NCBI GenBank assembly: GCA_036404475.1
Contig: DASWZL010000107.1
Location: forward strand, 2,066 to 66,065
Direction of reading: 5' to 3'
DNA from: Thermoplasmata archaeon
GTDB taxonomy: Archaea > Thermoplasmatota > Thermoplasmata > Lutacidiplasmatales > UBA184
DNA length: 64,000 nucleotides
Position 1 is the stretch's first letter. Every line of letters begins with the position of its first letter. A program made the translations under genes and the position numbers. Shown piece by piece: positions 38,119 through 46,948 of the stretch. The notes beneath the pieces were generated by a model. That model was not told the origin of the DNA and made no database searches. It was given only the letters and a program-made list of their open reading frames with translations.

Positions 38119-38170
38119 GTCCCCCATGCCCCCTCCTGGCCGCTCCGCCGGATGGAGGTCGCTTTCTCCT

Positions 38171-38190
38171 CGGAAACGTCCCCGTTTCCG
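38171..38190. promoter_or_regulatory. perfect inverted repeat CGGAAACG-tccc-CGTTTCCG (GAAAC-N6-GTTTC motif)
   Basis: Read directly from the sequence. Lies 12 nt upstream of the first tbp TATA box and 53 nt after the preceding stop codon. Confidence 0.45.
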
Positions 38191-38201
38191 AAACCCGATG
38201 A

Positions 38202-38244
38202 TTTAAATATTGGTTTAAATACTCACGGCCGCGGGGATTTAAAT
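38202..38244 (+). promoter_or_regulatory. three phased TATA boxes (G[A/G]TTTAAAT[A/G]) at the tbp gene
   Basis: TTTAAAT occurs at 38202-38208, 38214-38220 and 38238-38244. Box 2 is centred about 26 nt upstream of the ATG (38243), which fits a leaderless mRNA. Box 3 overlaps the start codon. Confidence 0.6.
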
Positions 38245-38791
38245 GGTCAAGATTCGCATCGAGAACGTCGTAGCGTCCACCTCCCTCGGGGATGAGCTCG
38301 ACCTCCAGTCGATCGCCCTGGGCCTCGACGGGGCCGAGTACGAGCCCGAGCAGTTCCCCGGCCTCATCTACCGGCTGAAGCAGCCCAAAACCGCAATCCT
38401 GCTCTTCCGGTCGGGAAAGGTCGTCTGCACCGGTGCGAAGAGCATGCACGAGGTCGAGGAGTCGATCCGGACGGTCGCCCAGCAAATCAAGAAGGGCGGC
38501 CAGAAGATCAACATGCACCCGAAGATCGAGGTCCAGAACATCGTCGCGAGCTCGGACCTCGAGAGCGAGATCAACCTCAATGCGATCGCCGTGACCCTGG
38601 GACTCGACCGGGTGGAGTACGAGCCCGAGCAGTTCCCCGGCCTCGTCTGCCGGATCGACGAGCCGCGCGTCGTGGTCCTTCTCTTCGGCAGCGGCAAGCT
38701 CGTCTGCACGGGGGCGCGAAAGCCCTCGGATGTCGAGGTCGCCGTCAAGAAGATCACGAAGGAGCTCCAGGGCGCGGGCCTCCTTCGCTGA
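38243..38791 (+). CDS. tbp: TATA-box binding protein
   Basis: 182 aa with the two TBP direct repeats (IENVVAS..LFRSGKVVCTGAKS and VQNIVAS..LFGSGKLVCTGARK). Confidence 0.95.
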   Translation: MVKIRIENVVASTSLGDELDLQSIALGLDGAEYEPEQFPGLIYRLKQPKTAILLFRSGKVVCTGAKSMHEVEESIRTVAQQIKKGGQKINMHPKIEVQNIVASSDLESEINLNAIAVTLGLDRVEYEPEQFPGLVCRIDEPRVVVLLFGSGKLVCTGARKPSDVEVAVKKITKELQGAGLLR

Positions 38792-38814
38792 GCCGCGCCC
38801 CGGAAGGAGCCGGG

Positions 38815-39690
38815 ATGCCCCTGCCACGAGGTCTCCCGGTCGTCGACCACCACTGCCACCTCTCTCCGAAAGGGGACGGGGTCCGCGCGGTCGAACGGTT
38901 CCGGGCGGCGGGGGGGACCCATCTGTTCCTCGCGACCCAGAACTACGAAGGAACCGTCCCCCTCTCGCTCGAGGCCTACTCCCGACAGTTCGAGGTCACG
39001 TGGGGGCTGGCGCAGAAGGTGCGCGAGGAGGTCGGCGTGCGGGCCTACCCGGTCCTCGCTCCGTATCCCATCGACCTCGTGGAGGCGTCGACGAAGCTGG
39101 GGCCCCGGGCCGCTCTCGACCTCCACCGCTCTGCTCTCGACCTCGCGGGCCGCTGGGTCCGAGAGAAGAGGGCGGTCGCCCTCGGAGAAGTGGGTCGGCC
39201 GCACTTCCCGGTGAGCGCGGAAGTGGCCGCGGTCGTGGAGGAAGCGTTCCGACACGCCCTTCAGGTGGCGCACGATTCCGATTGTCCTGTGGTGGTCCAC
39301 TCGACCGACCTGACCGCCGAGGGCCTCCTCGCGCTGGCCGCGCAGGCCCGCGAGGCCGGACTGCGTCCGGACCGGGTCGTCAAGCACTACACCCGGACCC
39401 GGGTCGCCCCAGGGTCGGCCGGCGGGGTCGTTCCGTCCTACCTGGCCCGTCGAGAGCTCGTCCGCGAGGTCTCGAAGGAGCCCGGACCCTGGTTCCTCGA
39501 GACGGACTATCTCGACGACCCGAACCGTCCCGGCGCCGTCCTCGACCTCGCGACGGTCCCCCGTCGGGCGACCGTGATCGCGGAGGACCCCGCGCAAGGG
39601 GCGGACCGGCTCTGGGTCCCCTTCGTGGAGTCGGTCGAACGCGTCTACGGTTGGCGCCCGGAGGTCAGCCCTGAGGGAGCTGCCGAATGA
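38815..39690 (+). CDS. TatD-family metal-dependent hydrolase
   Basis: VVDHHCHL, ALGEVGRPH, VVVHS and FLETDY metal-ligand motifs. Confidence 0.75.
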   Translation: MPLPRGLPVVDHHCHLSPKGDGVRAVERFRAAGGTHLFLATQNYEGTVPLSLEAYSRQFEVTWGLAQKVREEVGVRAYPVLAPYPIDLVEASTKLGPRAALDLHRSALDLAGRWVREKRAVALGEVGRPHFPVSAEVAAVVEEAFRHALQVAHDSDCPVVVHSTDLTAEGLLALAAQAREAGLRPDRVVKHYTRTRVAPGSAGGVVPSYLARRELVREVSKEPGPWFLETDYLDDPNRPGAVLDLATVPRRATVIAEDPAQGADRLWVPFVESVERVYGWRPEVSPEGAAE

Positions 39691-40319
39691 CGTCCCACCG
39701 ACGGGGGACCTTCCTGGTCCTCGAAGGGATCGACGGGGTGGGGAAGTCAACGCTTCTCCGGGCGCTCGCCCGGGCGCTCCAACGGAGCGGACTCTCGGTC
39801 GCCGTCCGTCGGGAGCCGGCCGACCCGCGCCTGGGAGCCCTGGCCCAATCGGCCGCCGCCGAGGACCCGTGGACGGGCGCGGTGTACTTCACCGTGGACC
39901 GCCACCTCGCGGCCCCCGACCTGGAACGGGACCTCCGCCACCACGACGTGGTCCTCCAGGACCGCTCGTTCTACTCGACGCTCGCCTACCAGGGGAGCGC
40001 GCTCCCTCCCCGCGATCGACGGCGCCTCGCGGAGCTCCAGCGGTCGGCGACGGTAAGGCCGGACCGGGTCGTCCTGCTCGACCTCGCCCCTTCGGAGGCC
40101 CTTCGCCGCCTGGGCAGCCGGGACCTGCGACGCGGCCCCCTCGAGCGACTGCGGACCCTCCGTCGGGTCGCGCGGGCCTACCGCGCGCTGGCGCGGGCGA
40201 ACCGATGGCAGGTCCTGGACGCGGCAGCTCCCCCGGGCGACCTGCTCCGACAGGTGCTCGACGGGCTCGACCTTCCCGCCCGGCCTCGGCAGAGGCGGCC
40301 CCCCCGACGGCGAAGATGA
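39687..40319 (+). CDS. tmk: thymidylate kinase
   Basis: P-loop FLVLEGIDGVGKST and a DRSFYSTLAYQG motif (DR(Y/F)..S..AYQ). Start overlaps the tatD-like stop. Confidence 0.85.
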   Translation: MTSHRRGTFLVLEGIDGVGKSTLLRALARALQRSGLSVAVRREPADPRLGALAQSAAAEDPWTGAVYFTVDRHLAAPDLERDLRHHDVVLQDRSFYSTLAYQGSALPPRDRRRLAELQRSATVRPDRVVLLDLAPSEALRRLGSRDLRRGPLERLRTLRRVARAYRALARANRWQVLDAAAPPGDLLRQVLDGLDLPARPRQRRPPRRRR

Positions 40320-40350
40320 TAAGCCCGGCCTTGGTCCCCCCGTTCCAACG

Positions 40351-41508
40351 ATGACTCCCGCGTCCCCCATCCTCGTTCGGGAGGAAACCCTCGACCCGTC
40401 GTACCTTCCGACCCGCCTCGTACGCCGCGACACCGAGCTGGAGCTGCTCCGTCGTCGCTACCGGGAATCGCTCGGTAAGGGGCTTCCGTTCCACCTCCTG
40501 CTCACCGGTGGAGTGGGCAGCGGGAAGACGGCGCTCGTCCGTCGGCTCGCGTCCGACCTCGAACGGGGCGGACGGCTCGGAGGATTCCCGGTGAAAGCCG
40601 CCTACGTGAACTGCTGGCGACGGGCGAGCGACCGAACGGTCATGCTCGACCTGCTGCGGATGGTCCAGGTGTCGCTCCCCGACCGGGGGTACTCCCTCTC
40701 GGAGATGCTCGACGTCTTCGAGCAAGGAATCCGGAAGAACCCCTCCCACCTCCTCGTGCTGCTAGACGAGGCCTCGAGCCTCGTGCGGCAGGAGACGAAG
40801 CTCGTCTACCTGCTCTCGCGTTCTCGCGAGGTCGAGCTCGGTTCGATCTCCCTCGTCCTGGTCGCGTCCGAGGACCTCTTCCCGTTCCTCGACCCGGCCA
40901 GCCGGTCGAGCTTTGGCGTGACGCACCGGCTTTCCCTGGCCCCGTACGACCGCGCCGCGCTCACCGACATCCTCGAGTCCCGGGCGGAGCTGGCCCTCCG
41001 TCCGGGAAGCATCGACCGCGAGGTCCTCGACCAGATCGCGCGCATCGCCGCCCCCAACGGAGATGCTCGCTTCGCGCTCGAGGTCCTCTCGGGCGCCGCG
41101 CATGCCGCGGAGGAAGCCGGGGCCGACTCGGTCGGGTCCGAGCACGTTCGGCGGGCCAAGGGCTCGCTCCTTCCCACCGTCTCGGAGACCCAGCTCGAGT
41201 CGCTCTCGACGCACGAGCTCGGGGTGCTCCTGGCGCTCTCTCGGACGCTGAAGCGACGCGGCGCGTCCACCACGAGCCAGAAGCTTCGGGCGAACCACAC
41301 CGCCCTCCTCGAGGAGCTCGGAGCCGACCCGATGAGCCGAACGACGTTCTGGCGCACCTTGAAGGAGCTCGAGCGGGACGGCCTCGTGGTCCTCGAGATG
41401 GGGTCGTCGGGAGAGTCGAACAACGTCTCCATGGACGAGCTCCCCGCGAGTCTTCTCACCACGCTCCTCGAAGAGCGTGTCGGCCGCACCCGCTCGCGGA
41501 AAGCCTAA
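40351..41508 (+). CDS. ORC1-type DNA replication protein (Orc1/Cdc6)
   Basis: LDPSYLPTRLVRRDTELELL N-terminus, Walker A LLTGGVGSGKT, Walker B LVLLDE, C-terminal winged helix. Confidence 0.9.
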   Translation: MTPASPILVREETLDPSYLPTRLVRRDTELELLRRRYRESLGKGLPFHLLLTGGVGSGKTALVRRLASDLERGGRLGGFPVKAAYVNCWRRASDRTVMLDLLRMVQVSLPDRGYSLSEMLDVFEQGIRKNPSHLLVLLDEASSLVRQETKLVYLLSRSREVELGSISLVLVASEDLFPFLDPASRSSFGVTHRLSLAPYDRAALTDILESRAELALRPGSIDREVLDQIARIAAPNGDARFALEVLSGAAHAAEEAGADSVGSEHVRRAKGSLLPTVSETQLESLSTHELGVLLALSRTLKRRGASTTSQKLRANHTALLEELGADPMSRTTFWRTLKELERDGLVVLEMGSSGESNNVSMDELPASLLTTLLEERVGRTRSRKA

Positions 41509-41532
41509 AGGGCCCGCGCGGGTCGGACCGGC

Positions 41533-42447
41533 GTGGCCAGCTCTTCCGTGCCCACTCTCACGACGGAGCCGTCCGCTCTGCCCGAGTGGATCCGCGTTCG
41601 CCCGCCTCGCGGAGCGGCGTACCCCGAGGTCAAAGGGATCCTCGGGGAGCTCGGACTCGACACGGTGTGTCGGGAGGCGCGCTGTCCGAACCTTTCGGAA
41701 TGCTGGTCGGCCGGCGCGGCGACCCTCATGCTGCTCGGGACCGAGTGCACGCGCCGATGCACGTTCTGTGCCGTCACGACCCACTGGCCGCGGGGCGTGG
41801 TCGACCGCACGGAGCCGACGCGCATCACCCAGGCGGTCCATCGCTGGGGGCTGCGGTACGTGGTCTTGACCCAGGTCTGTCGGGACGACCTCGAGGATGG
41901 GGGAGCCTCGGTGCTGGCGGAGACCGTTCGTCGGATCCGTGTCGAATCCCCCCGCACTCTGGTCGAGCTCCTCGTCGGGGACCTCGGAGGGCGGGAGGAT
42001 TCGCTGAGATCCCTCCTCGAGTCCCCCCCGGACGTCCTCGCGCATAACCTGGAGACGGTCCGGTCGCTCAGCTCCGAGGTGCGCGACCCGCGCGCCGGCT
42101 ACGACCGCTCCCTGGGCGTCCTGCGGGCGGCCCGCCGCTTCGGCCCGGAGGGGTTGGTCACCAAGAGCTCGATCATGCTGGGACTCGGTGAGACCGATGC
42201 CGAGCTCGAAACGGCGCTCCGCGACCTGCGGTCGGCGGAGGTGGACCTCCTCACTCTCGGGCAGTACCTGCGCCCGGACGTGACCCACCGCCCGGTCCAC
42301 CGGTACGTGCCGCCGGACGAGTTCTCCCGCTGGCAGGCGACCGCGCTCGCCCTCGGCTTCGGGGGCGCCGCGTGCGGCCCCCTCGTCCGAAGCTCCTACC
42401 GGGCGGAAGCGCTCTACCGTCGCGCCCGCGCCGCGCGGGGAGGTTGA
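41533..42447 (+). CDS. lipA: lipoyl synthase
   Basis: CREARCPNLSEC auxiliary cluster, CTRRCTFCAV radical-SAM cluster, C-terminal RSSY. Confidence 0.9.
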   Translation: MASSSVPTLTTEPSALPEWIRVRPPRGAAYPEVKGILGELGLDTVCREARCPNLSECWSAGAATLMLLGTECTRRCTFCAVTTHWPRGVVDRTEPTRITQAVHRWGLRYVVLTQVCRDDLEDGGASVLAETVRRIRVESPRTLVELLVGDLGGREDSLRSLLESPPDVLAHNLETVRSLSSEVRDPRAGYDRSLGVLRAARRFGPEGLVTKSSIMLGLGETDAELETALRDLRSAEVDLLTLGQYLRPDVTHRPVHRYVPPDEFSRWQATALALGFGGAACGPLVRSSYRAEALYRRARAARGG

Positions 42448-42450
42448 GCG

Positions 42451-42816
42451 GTGGCGAAGAAGGTCCGCCGCAAGCCGGCGGAGGAGCAGGCCCCGGCGTT
42501 CGAATTCCCCGTCTTCGACGAGGTCGCCTTCGTGACCAAGGAGTTCGAGCTCACCTACGCGCTCGCGCTGGCCGGCGGGTTCACGGTCCTCGTAGGGGTC
42601 CTATCGTGGGTGCTGTCGGTCATGGGCCTCCTCTGGTACTTCGTGTTCCCGGTCGGGGTCCTTCTGATCGCCCTGATCCCGTTCCTCGTCCGACGCCTTC
42701 GGTCCCGGTCGTGGACCTACACGAAGGGGGATTGGGCGGGTCTCATCGCGCTCGAGTTCTTCGGATGGCTCGCGCTCTGGTTCGTCCTTCAGAACCTCTC
42801 GCCGCACGCCGTGTAG
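42451..42816 (+). CDS. hypothetical 3-TM membrane protein
   Basis: 121 aa. Basic N-terminus then three hydrophobic helices. GTG start 4 nt after the lipA stop. Confidence 0.5.
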   Translation: MAKKVRRKPAEEQAPAFEFPVFDEVAFVTKEFELTYALALAGGFTVLVGVLSWVLSVMGLLWYFVFPVGVLLIALIPFLVRRLRSRSWTYTKGDWAGLIALEFFGWLALWFVLQNLSPHAV

Positions 42817-42822
42817 GCTACG

Positions 42823-44235
42823 TCACGGGTCGTCGAGCCAGGGGAGCCGCCTCGCGAGCAGCTCCCGGAGCGCCTCCCCGAGCGCCGGGGTCTCGGCGGC
42901 TTCGCCGAGGGTCCTCACATCGCACGGCCCCGACTCTTTGGGCGTGAGGTCCTTCCCGAGGGAGAGGCGGGGGAACGCCGCGCGCAGCACCGCCTCGGCG
43001 TCCCGATCGGCGCGACGGGTATCGACCCCCAGGCTCCCGTCGGGTCGGACGTACGGTCCTTGGAGGACGAGGTCGCTCTTCGCCCCCCACTTCTCGAGGA
43101 AGTGGCCGACCCGGTCGATGCCGGCCGGGGGACCGTCCTGGACCCGGACCTGAGGCCGTCGGGGATGCGCCAGCTCGACCGCGATGACGACCGAGCTCGG
43201 GTCGGCGGCGCTCGCCTCCCCGAGGACCGCGAAGTCGGAACGGGAGAGCTCGTCGGCCACGGCGCGCGCGGCCTTGCGCACCTGCGGATAGAGCGTGTCG
43301 TCCACGAGGTCCGGTCGCGGGAGGACGGCCACCGTGATGTGGGTCCCCCGGGCGCGGACGAGGGAGAGCGCCGCCTCCTTCGAGAGCGACACGTTCGCGC
43401 GCACCTCGAAGAATCGGGCGCTCGGCCGTTGGTGGTAGGCCCCGGCGGCGAGGACGAAGAGCCCGAGGTTCCTCTGCGAGAGGGCGCTCGCCACGTTGCG
43501 ATTCGGGTCGACGGGGTCGGCGAGGACGAGCGCCACGTCGGGCGGCAGCCTCGGCGGTTCCTTCCCGGGCTCGGCGAGACGGACGGGAACCCGCCAATCC
43601 CGGGCCGCGACGAGCAGCTGGCGCAGCGAACCGAACCGAATCACGAGGAGCTCGACCAAGTAGCCCGAGAAGCCCTCCGTCCTCGCCTCGGAACCGTAGA
43701 CGCCCAGCGACCGGAAGAACTGCTTGGCGAGCCGGACCTGACCGACGATCTCGGGGGTCTCCCGGGCGATGAGATACTCCTGGTGGAACGGAGTTCGGTC
43801 GACCGGCGAGAGCGGATGGGAGGGGTCGGTGATCGCGAATCCCGGGACGGCGTCGACCGTGAATCCTTCGAACTTCCCGCGGAGGTAGGGGTGCTCGGCG
43901 TAGCGGGTCTCGGGGTCCGACAGGACCGCACGCCCGAGGGCCAGCCCCTCCTCGCGCAACCGCTCCCGGGAGAGGTCGGGCGGGAAGAGCAGGAACAGGT
44001 CGACGTCCAGACGGTCCTGAAGGAACGTGCCGCGGGCTGCGCTCCCGGCGACGAGCGCCCGGGTGAGCGGGCTCGACCGCGCCTTCGCGGCCGCGGTCAC
44101 CCGCTCGACGAGCGCGGCCCGCACCTGCGACACACGGTCCAAGAACTCGGCGGAAGGAGTGATCCGGGCGCTCACGTCGCGTTCGATCGCGTCGGCCTCC
44201 GCCGCCGGCGCAGGGCCTCCGCTGGCTCCCGTCAT
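42823..44235 (-). CDS. cca: CCA-adding enzyme (class I archaeal tRNA nucleotidyltransferase)
   Basis: GSAARGTFLQDRLDVDLFLLFP nucleotidyltransferase motif with an archaeal CCA body and tail. Start taken at ATG 44235 (MTGASGG). Confidence 0.85.
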   Translation of the reverse strand: MTGASGGPAPAAEADAIERDVSARITPSAEFLDRVSQVRAALVERVTAAAKARSSPLTRALVAGSAARGTFLQDRLDVDLFLLFPPDLSRERLREEGLALGRAVLSDPETRYAEHPYLRGKFEGFTVDAVPGFAITDPSHPLSPVDRTPFHQEYLIARETPEIVGQVRLAKQFFRSLGVYGSEARTEGFSGYLVELLVIRFGSLRQLLVAARDWRVPVRLAEPGKEPPRLPPDVALVLADPVDPNRNVASALSQRNLGLFVLAAGAYHQRPSARFFEVRANVSLSKEAALSLVRARGTHITVAVLPRPDLVDDTLYPQVRKAARAVADELSRSDFAVLGEASAADPSSVVIAVELAHPRRPQVRVQDGPPAGIDRVGHFLEKWGAKSDLVLQGPYVRPDGSLGVDTRRADRDAEAVLRAAFPRLSLGKDLTPKESGPCDVRTLGEAAETPALGEALRELLARRLPWLDDP

Positions 44236-44336
44236 CGAGTGTCCGGGGACGTTCCGGCGCAGATGAACCTTCGGCTCGAGCCGCCGGCACGGGACCACGC
44301 TTATCGCCCGGCGGCGCTTCGTAGGAGGGAGACCCC

Positions 44337-45404
44337 ATGACGGCTCTGGTCGGGCATCCTGCGACCCTCTTCGAACCTACCTCCGACCGGAAGGTGCGAT
44401 GCACTGCCTGCGCCCGCTACTGCACGATCCCCGAGGGGTCGCACGGGTTCTGCTTCGTCCGCAAGAACGTGGCAGGTCGCCTCGTCCTCTTGAGCTACGG
44501 AAGGGCCTCCGCGGTGCAGGTCGACCCGGTCGAGAAGAAGCCCCTCTCTCACTTCCATCCCGGGACCCGTGTCTACTCGATCGGGACGGTCGGATGCAAC
44601 TGGCGCTGCGCGTACTGCCAGAACGCCGAGATCTCCCAGGAGCGCGAGGTGGTGGGCCGGTCCCTGCCCCCCCACACCGCCGTGACCGAAGCGAGGAGGT
44701 TCGGTTGCAGTGGGGTCACGTTCACCTACAACGAACCGTCCATCTTCGCCGAGTACGCTCTCGACGTGATCCGGGAGGCGCACCAGGTCGGTCTCTTCGC
44801 GAACTTCGTGACGAACGGATACATGACCCCCGAGGCTGTCGGGTTGATCGGTCCGCATCTCGACGCGGTGAGCGTCGACTTCAAAGGGAGCGGGGAACCC
44901 GGATTCCTTCGGAAGTACGTCGCCGCCACCGGGCCGGAGCCGATCTTCGAGTCGGCGGCGGACCTGAAGAAGCGAGGGGTACACGTCGAGATCACCGACC
45001 TCATCGTGCCCCGGGTCGGCGAGTCCGTCGAGGCGACCCAAAAGCTCGCCCGGTTTGTCCGGGACGAGCTGGGTCCTTCCACTCCGTTCCACCTCCTGCG
45101 ATTTCACCCCGACTACCGGATGATGGACCTTCCCGAAACCCCGGTGGCGACCCTCGAGAAGCTTCACCGGGTCGTGAAGGCGGAAGGCCTCGACTACGTC
45201 TACCTCGGGAACGTATGGGGCCACCCGCTCGAGCACACCTACTGCCCGCGCTGCGGAACGGTCGTGGTGCGTCGGTTGGGCTTCACGATCAAGTCCTGGC
45301 GCCTCGACCCCGAGAACTGCTGCTTAAAGTGCGGGGAGAAGATCCCGATCGTAGGACGGCTGGCCGAGGACTACGTGCCGTCGTTCGCGACCCCCATCAC
45401 CTAG
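44337..45404 (+). CDS. amrS: AmmeMemoRadiSam system radical SAM enzyme
   Basis: N-terminal CTACARYC Cys motif, GCNWRCAYCQN radical-SAM cluster, C-terminal CPRCG...CLKCG zinc ribbon. Confidence 0.8.
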   Translation: MTALVGHPATLFEPTSDRKVRCTACARYCTIPEGSHGFCFVRKNVAGRLVLLSYGRASAVQVDPVEKKPLSHFHPGTRVYSIGTVGCNWRCAYCQNAEISQEREVVGRSLPPHTAVTEARRFGCSGVTFTYNEPSIFAEYALDVIREAHQVGLFANFVTNGYMTPEAVGLIGPHLDAVSVDFKGSGEPGFLRKYVAATGPEPIFESAADLKKRGVHVEITDLIVPRVGESVEATQKLARFVRDELGPSTPFHLLRFHPDYRMMDLPETPVATLEKLHRVVKAEGLDYVYLGNVWGHPLEHTYCPRCGTVVVRRLGFTIKSWRLDPENCCLKCGEKIPIVGRLAEDYVPSFATPIT

Positions 45405-45642
45405 CCCGGCCTTCCCGCCCCGGCGGTCGGAACGGTCGCCCGCCCGGGCGAGGAACTCCGAGCGGGCGGACCCCGCTCGCTCGCCGCGGACGGATTCAGG
45501 ACCCCAGCTGCTCGGCCCCAGGGCTTCGAACCCGTGCGTTCGCCCGCGAACCCGGTCGCCCGCGGCCAAAGTCGCCGTCAACCGAGACCGACGGGGCCCC
45601 CATATACGTGCGGACCCCCCGAACCGGTGAGGAGGGTTCGGA

Positions 45643-46398
45643 ATGCCGAGATTCCCCGCCCGGACTCCCCGGGCCCGGAAGAAGGCCGACGACCGCACGG
45701 GTCCGGCGCCGGACGAGCCCCTCCCGATGGTCGAGATCGTACTGAGCGGGGTCGGCGGGGACGACTGGGTGACGGAGACCCTGAGGTCCCAAGGCGTGGC
45801 GTTCCGTCTCCTCGCCTGTCGGCCGGCCGATCGAGGGCGACGACGACTTCTGCGGTTCTTTGAGGTCCAGACGAACGGGGAGGGCATCGCCCCGGTGATC
45901 CGCCGCCTCCGTTCCCGCCTGGGCGCCCGCGACATCGCCACGGCGAGCCTCGGTCCGGACCGAGCTCTCCTACGCGTGTCCGTGCCGATCCCCGCGGTCT
46001 GCTCCGCGGCGTTCGACCTGGGCGACTTCTGCATCAGTTGCCCGTTCCTCGGAGGGGACGAGGGGACGGGGTCGGCGTCCTGGAAAGTGTTGGTCCCGCA
46101 GATCGTCGACGCTCGTCGTCTCCTCAAGGCGGCCGCGCGAAGTGGCGGACCGAGACCCTCCCTGGTCCGCGCGGGGGCCTACCGGAGGCGTTGGGGGCTC
46201 ACGGGACGTCAGGAAAGGGCGCTCCGCATGGCGTTCCAGCTCGGCTACTTCGATTACCCGCGCAAGGCCTCCCTGTCGACCCTCGCCACCCGGCTCGGCG
46301 TCGGGCGCTCGACCGCTCTCGAGCTCCTTCGAAAGGCCACCACCAAGCTGGCGGCGCAGAGGTTCCTCGCAGAGCCGCCCGTCGACCGCCCGCCGTAG
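45643..46398 (+). CDS. HTH_10 (bacterio-opsin activator-type) DNA-binding protein
   Basis: C-terminal LTGRQERALRMAFQLGYFDYPRKASLSTLATRLGVGRSTALELLRKA is the HTH_10 signature. Confidence 0.7.
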   Translation: MPRFPARTPRARKKADDRTGPAPDEPLPMVEIVLSGVGGDDWVTETLRSQGVAFRLLACRPADRGRRRLLRFFEVQTNGEGIAPVIRRLRSRLGARDIATASLGPDRALLRVSVPIPAVCSAAFDLGDFCISCPFLGGDEGTGSASWKVLVPQIVDARRLLKAAARSGGPRPSLVRAGAYRRRWGLTGRQERALRMAFQLGYFDYPRKASLSTLATRLGVGRSTALELLRKATTKLAAQRFLAEPPVDRPP

Positions 46399-46447
46399 CG
46401 ATTTGCCTCCCGCGCTGGGAGGGTCCGCTGCGGACGGGTGGGGTTCG

Positions 46448-46858
46448 TTACTTCGGGGTCGGGGTCCTCGAGTGAGGCAGGGCCTTCGGGTCCCGTCGCG
46501 AGGGAACCCGACCCCGCGATCGACCCGTACTCCGCACACGCGTCGATAGGACCGGCCGTCGAAGCGGTCGGCTCTCGGTCGCGAAGCGGTCCTTGCCGGC
46601 TCCCACGACCGCGCGGAAGATCGTCCTCACACGGGCCGGTGAGAGCCCCGCCTGTTCCGCCCAGCCTTGCGCCCGAGCGAGGACCCGCTCCTCCTGCGCC
46701 GGGTCCGAAACCTCCCCGTTTCCCTCGGAACGAAGGCGGATCGCGGTGCAGGCGGCCTCGACGCGGGCGGCCACGAGGAGGACGATGGCCCGGTCGATCT
46801 CCTCGAGGTCGCGGCGGATCGAGACGAGCGAGGGAGCGGCGTGCAAAGCGTCGGCCAT
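46448..46858 (-). CDS. chorismate mutase (AroQ class) with basic C-terminal tail
   Basis: SIRRDLEEIDRAIVLLVAARVEAA...DPAQEERVLARA...VRTIFRAVV follows the AroQ three-helix pattern. Confidence 0.7.
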   Translation of the reverse strand: MADALHAAPSLVSIRRDLEEIDRAIVLLVAARVEAACTAIRLRSEGNGEVSDPAQEERVLARAQGWAEQAGLSPARVRTIFRAVVGAGKDRFATESRPLRRPVLSTRVRSTGRSRGRVPSRRDPKALPHSRTPTPK

Positions 46859-46948
46859 GCCGACCGTCCGAGCTCGACGTGGGCCAAGTTCCTTCGACCG
46901 CACCGGTGCGGGGGCCGGCTCACATACCGCTCGCGGTGCCCGGGGTCG

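Noticed and set aside
38119-42447. Replication origin next to orc1/cdc6
   Set aside because: orc1 is flanked by only 31-bp and 24-bp spacers. The only AT-rich stretch nearby (38200-38245) is fully explained by the tbp TATA boxes. I saw no ORB-like long inverted repeats or duplex-unwinding element, so the origin is probably elsewhere.
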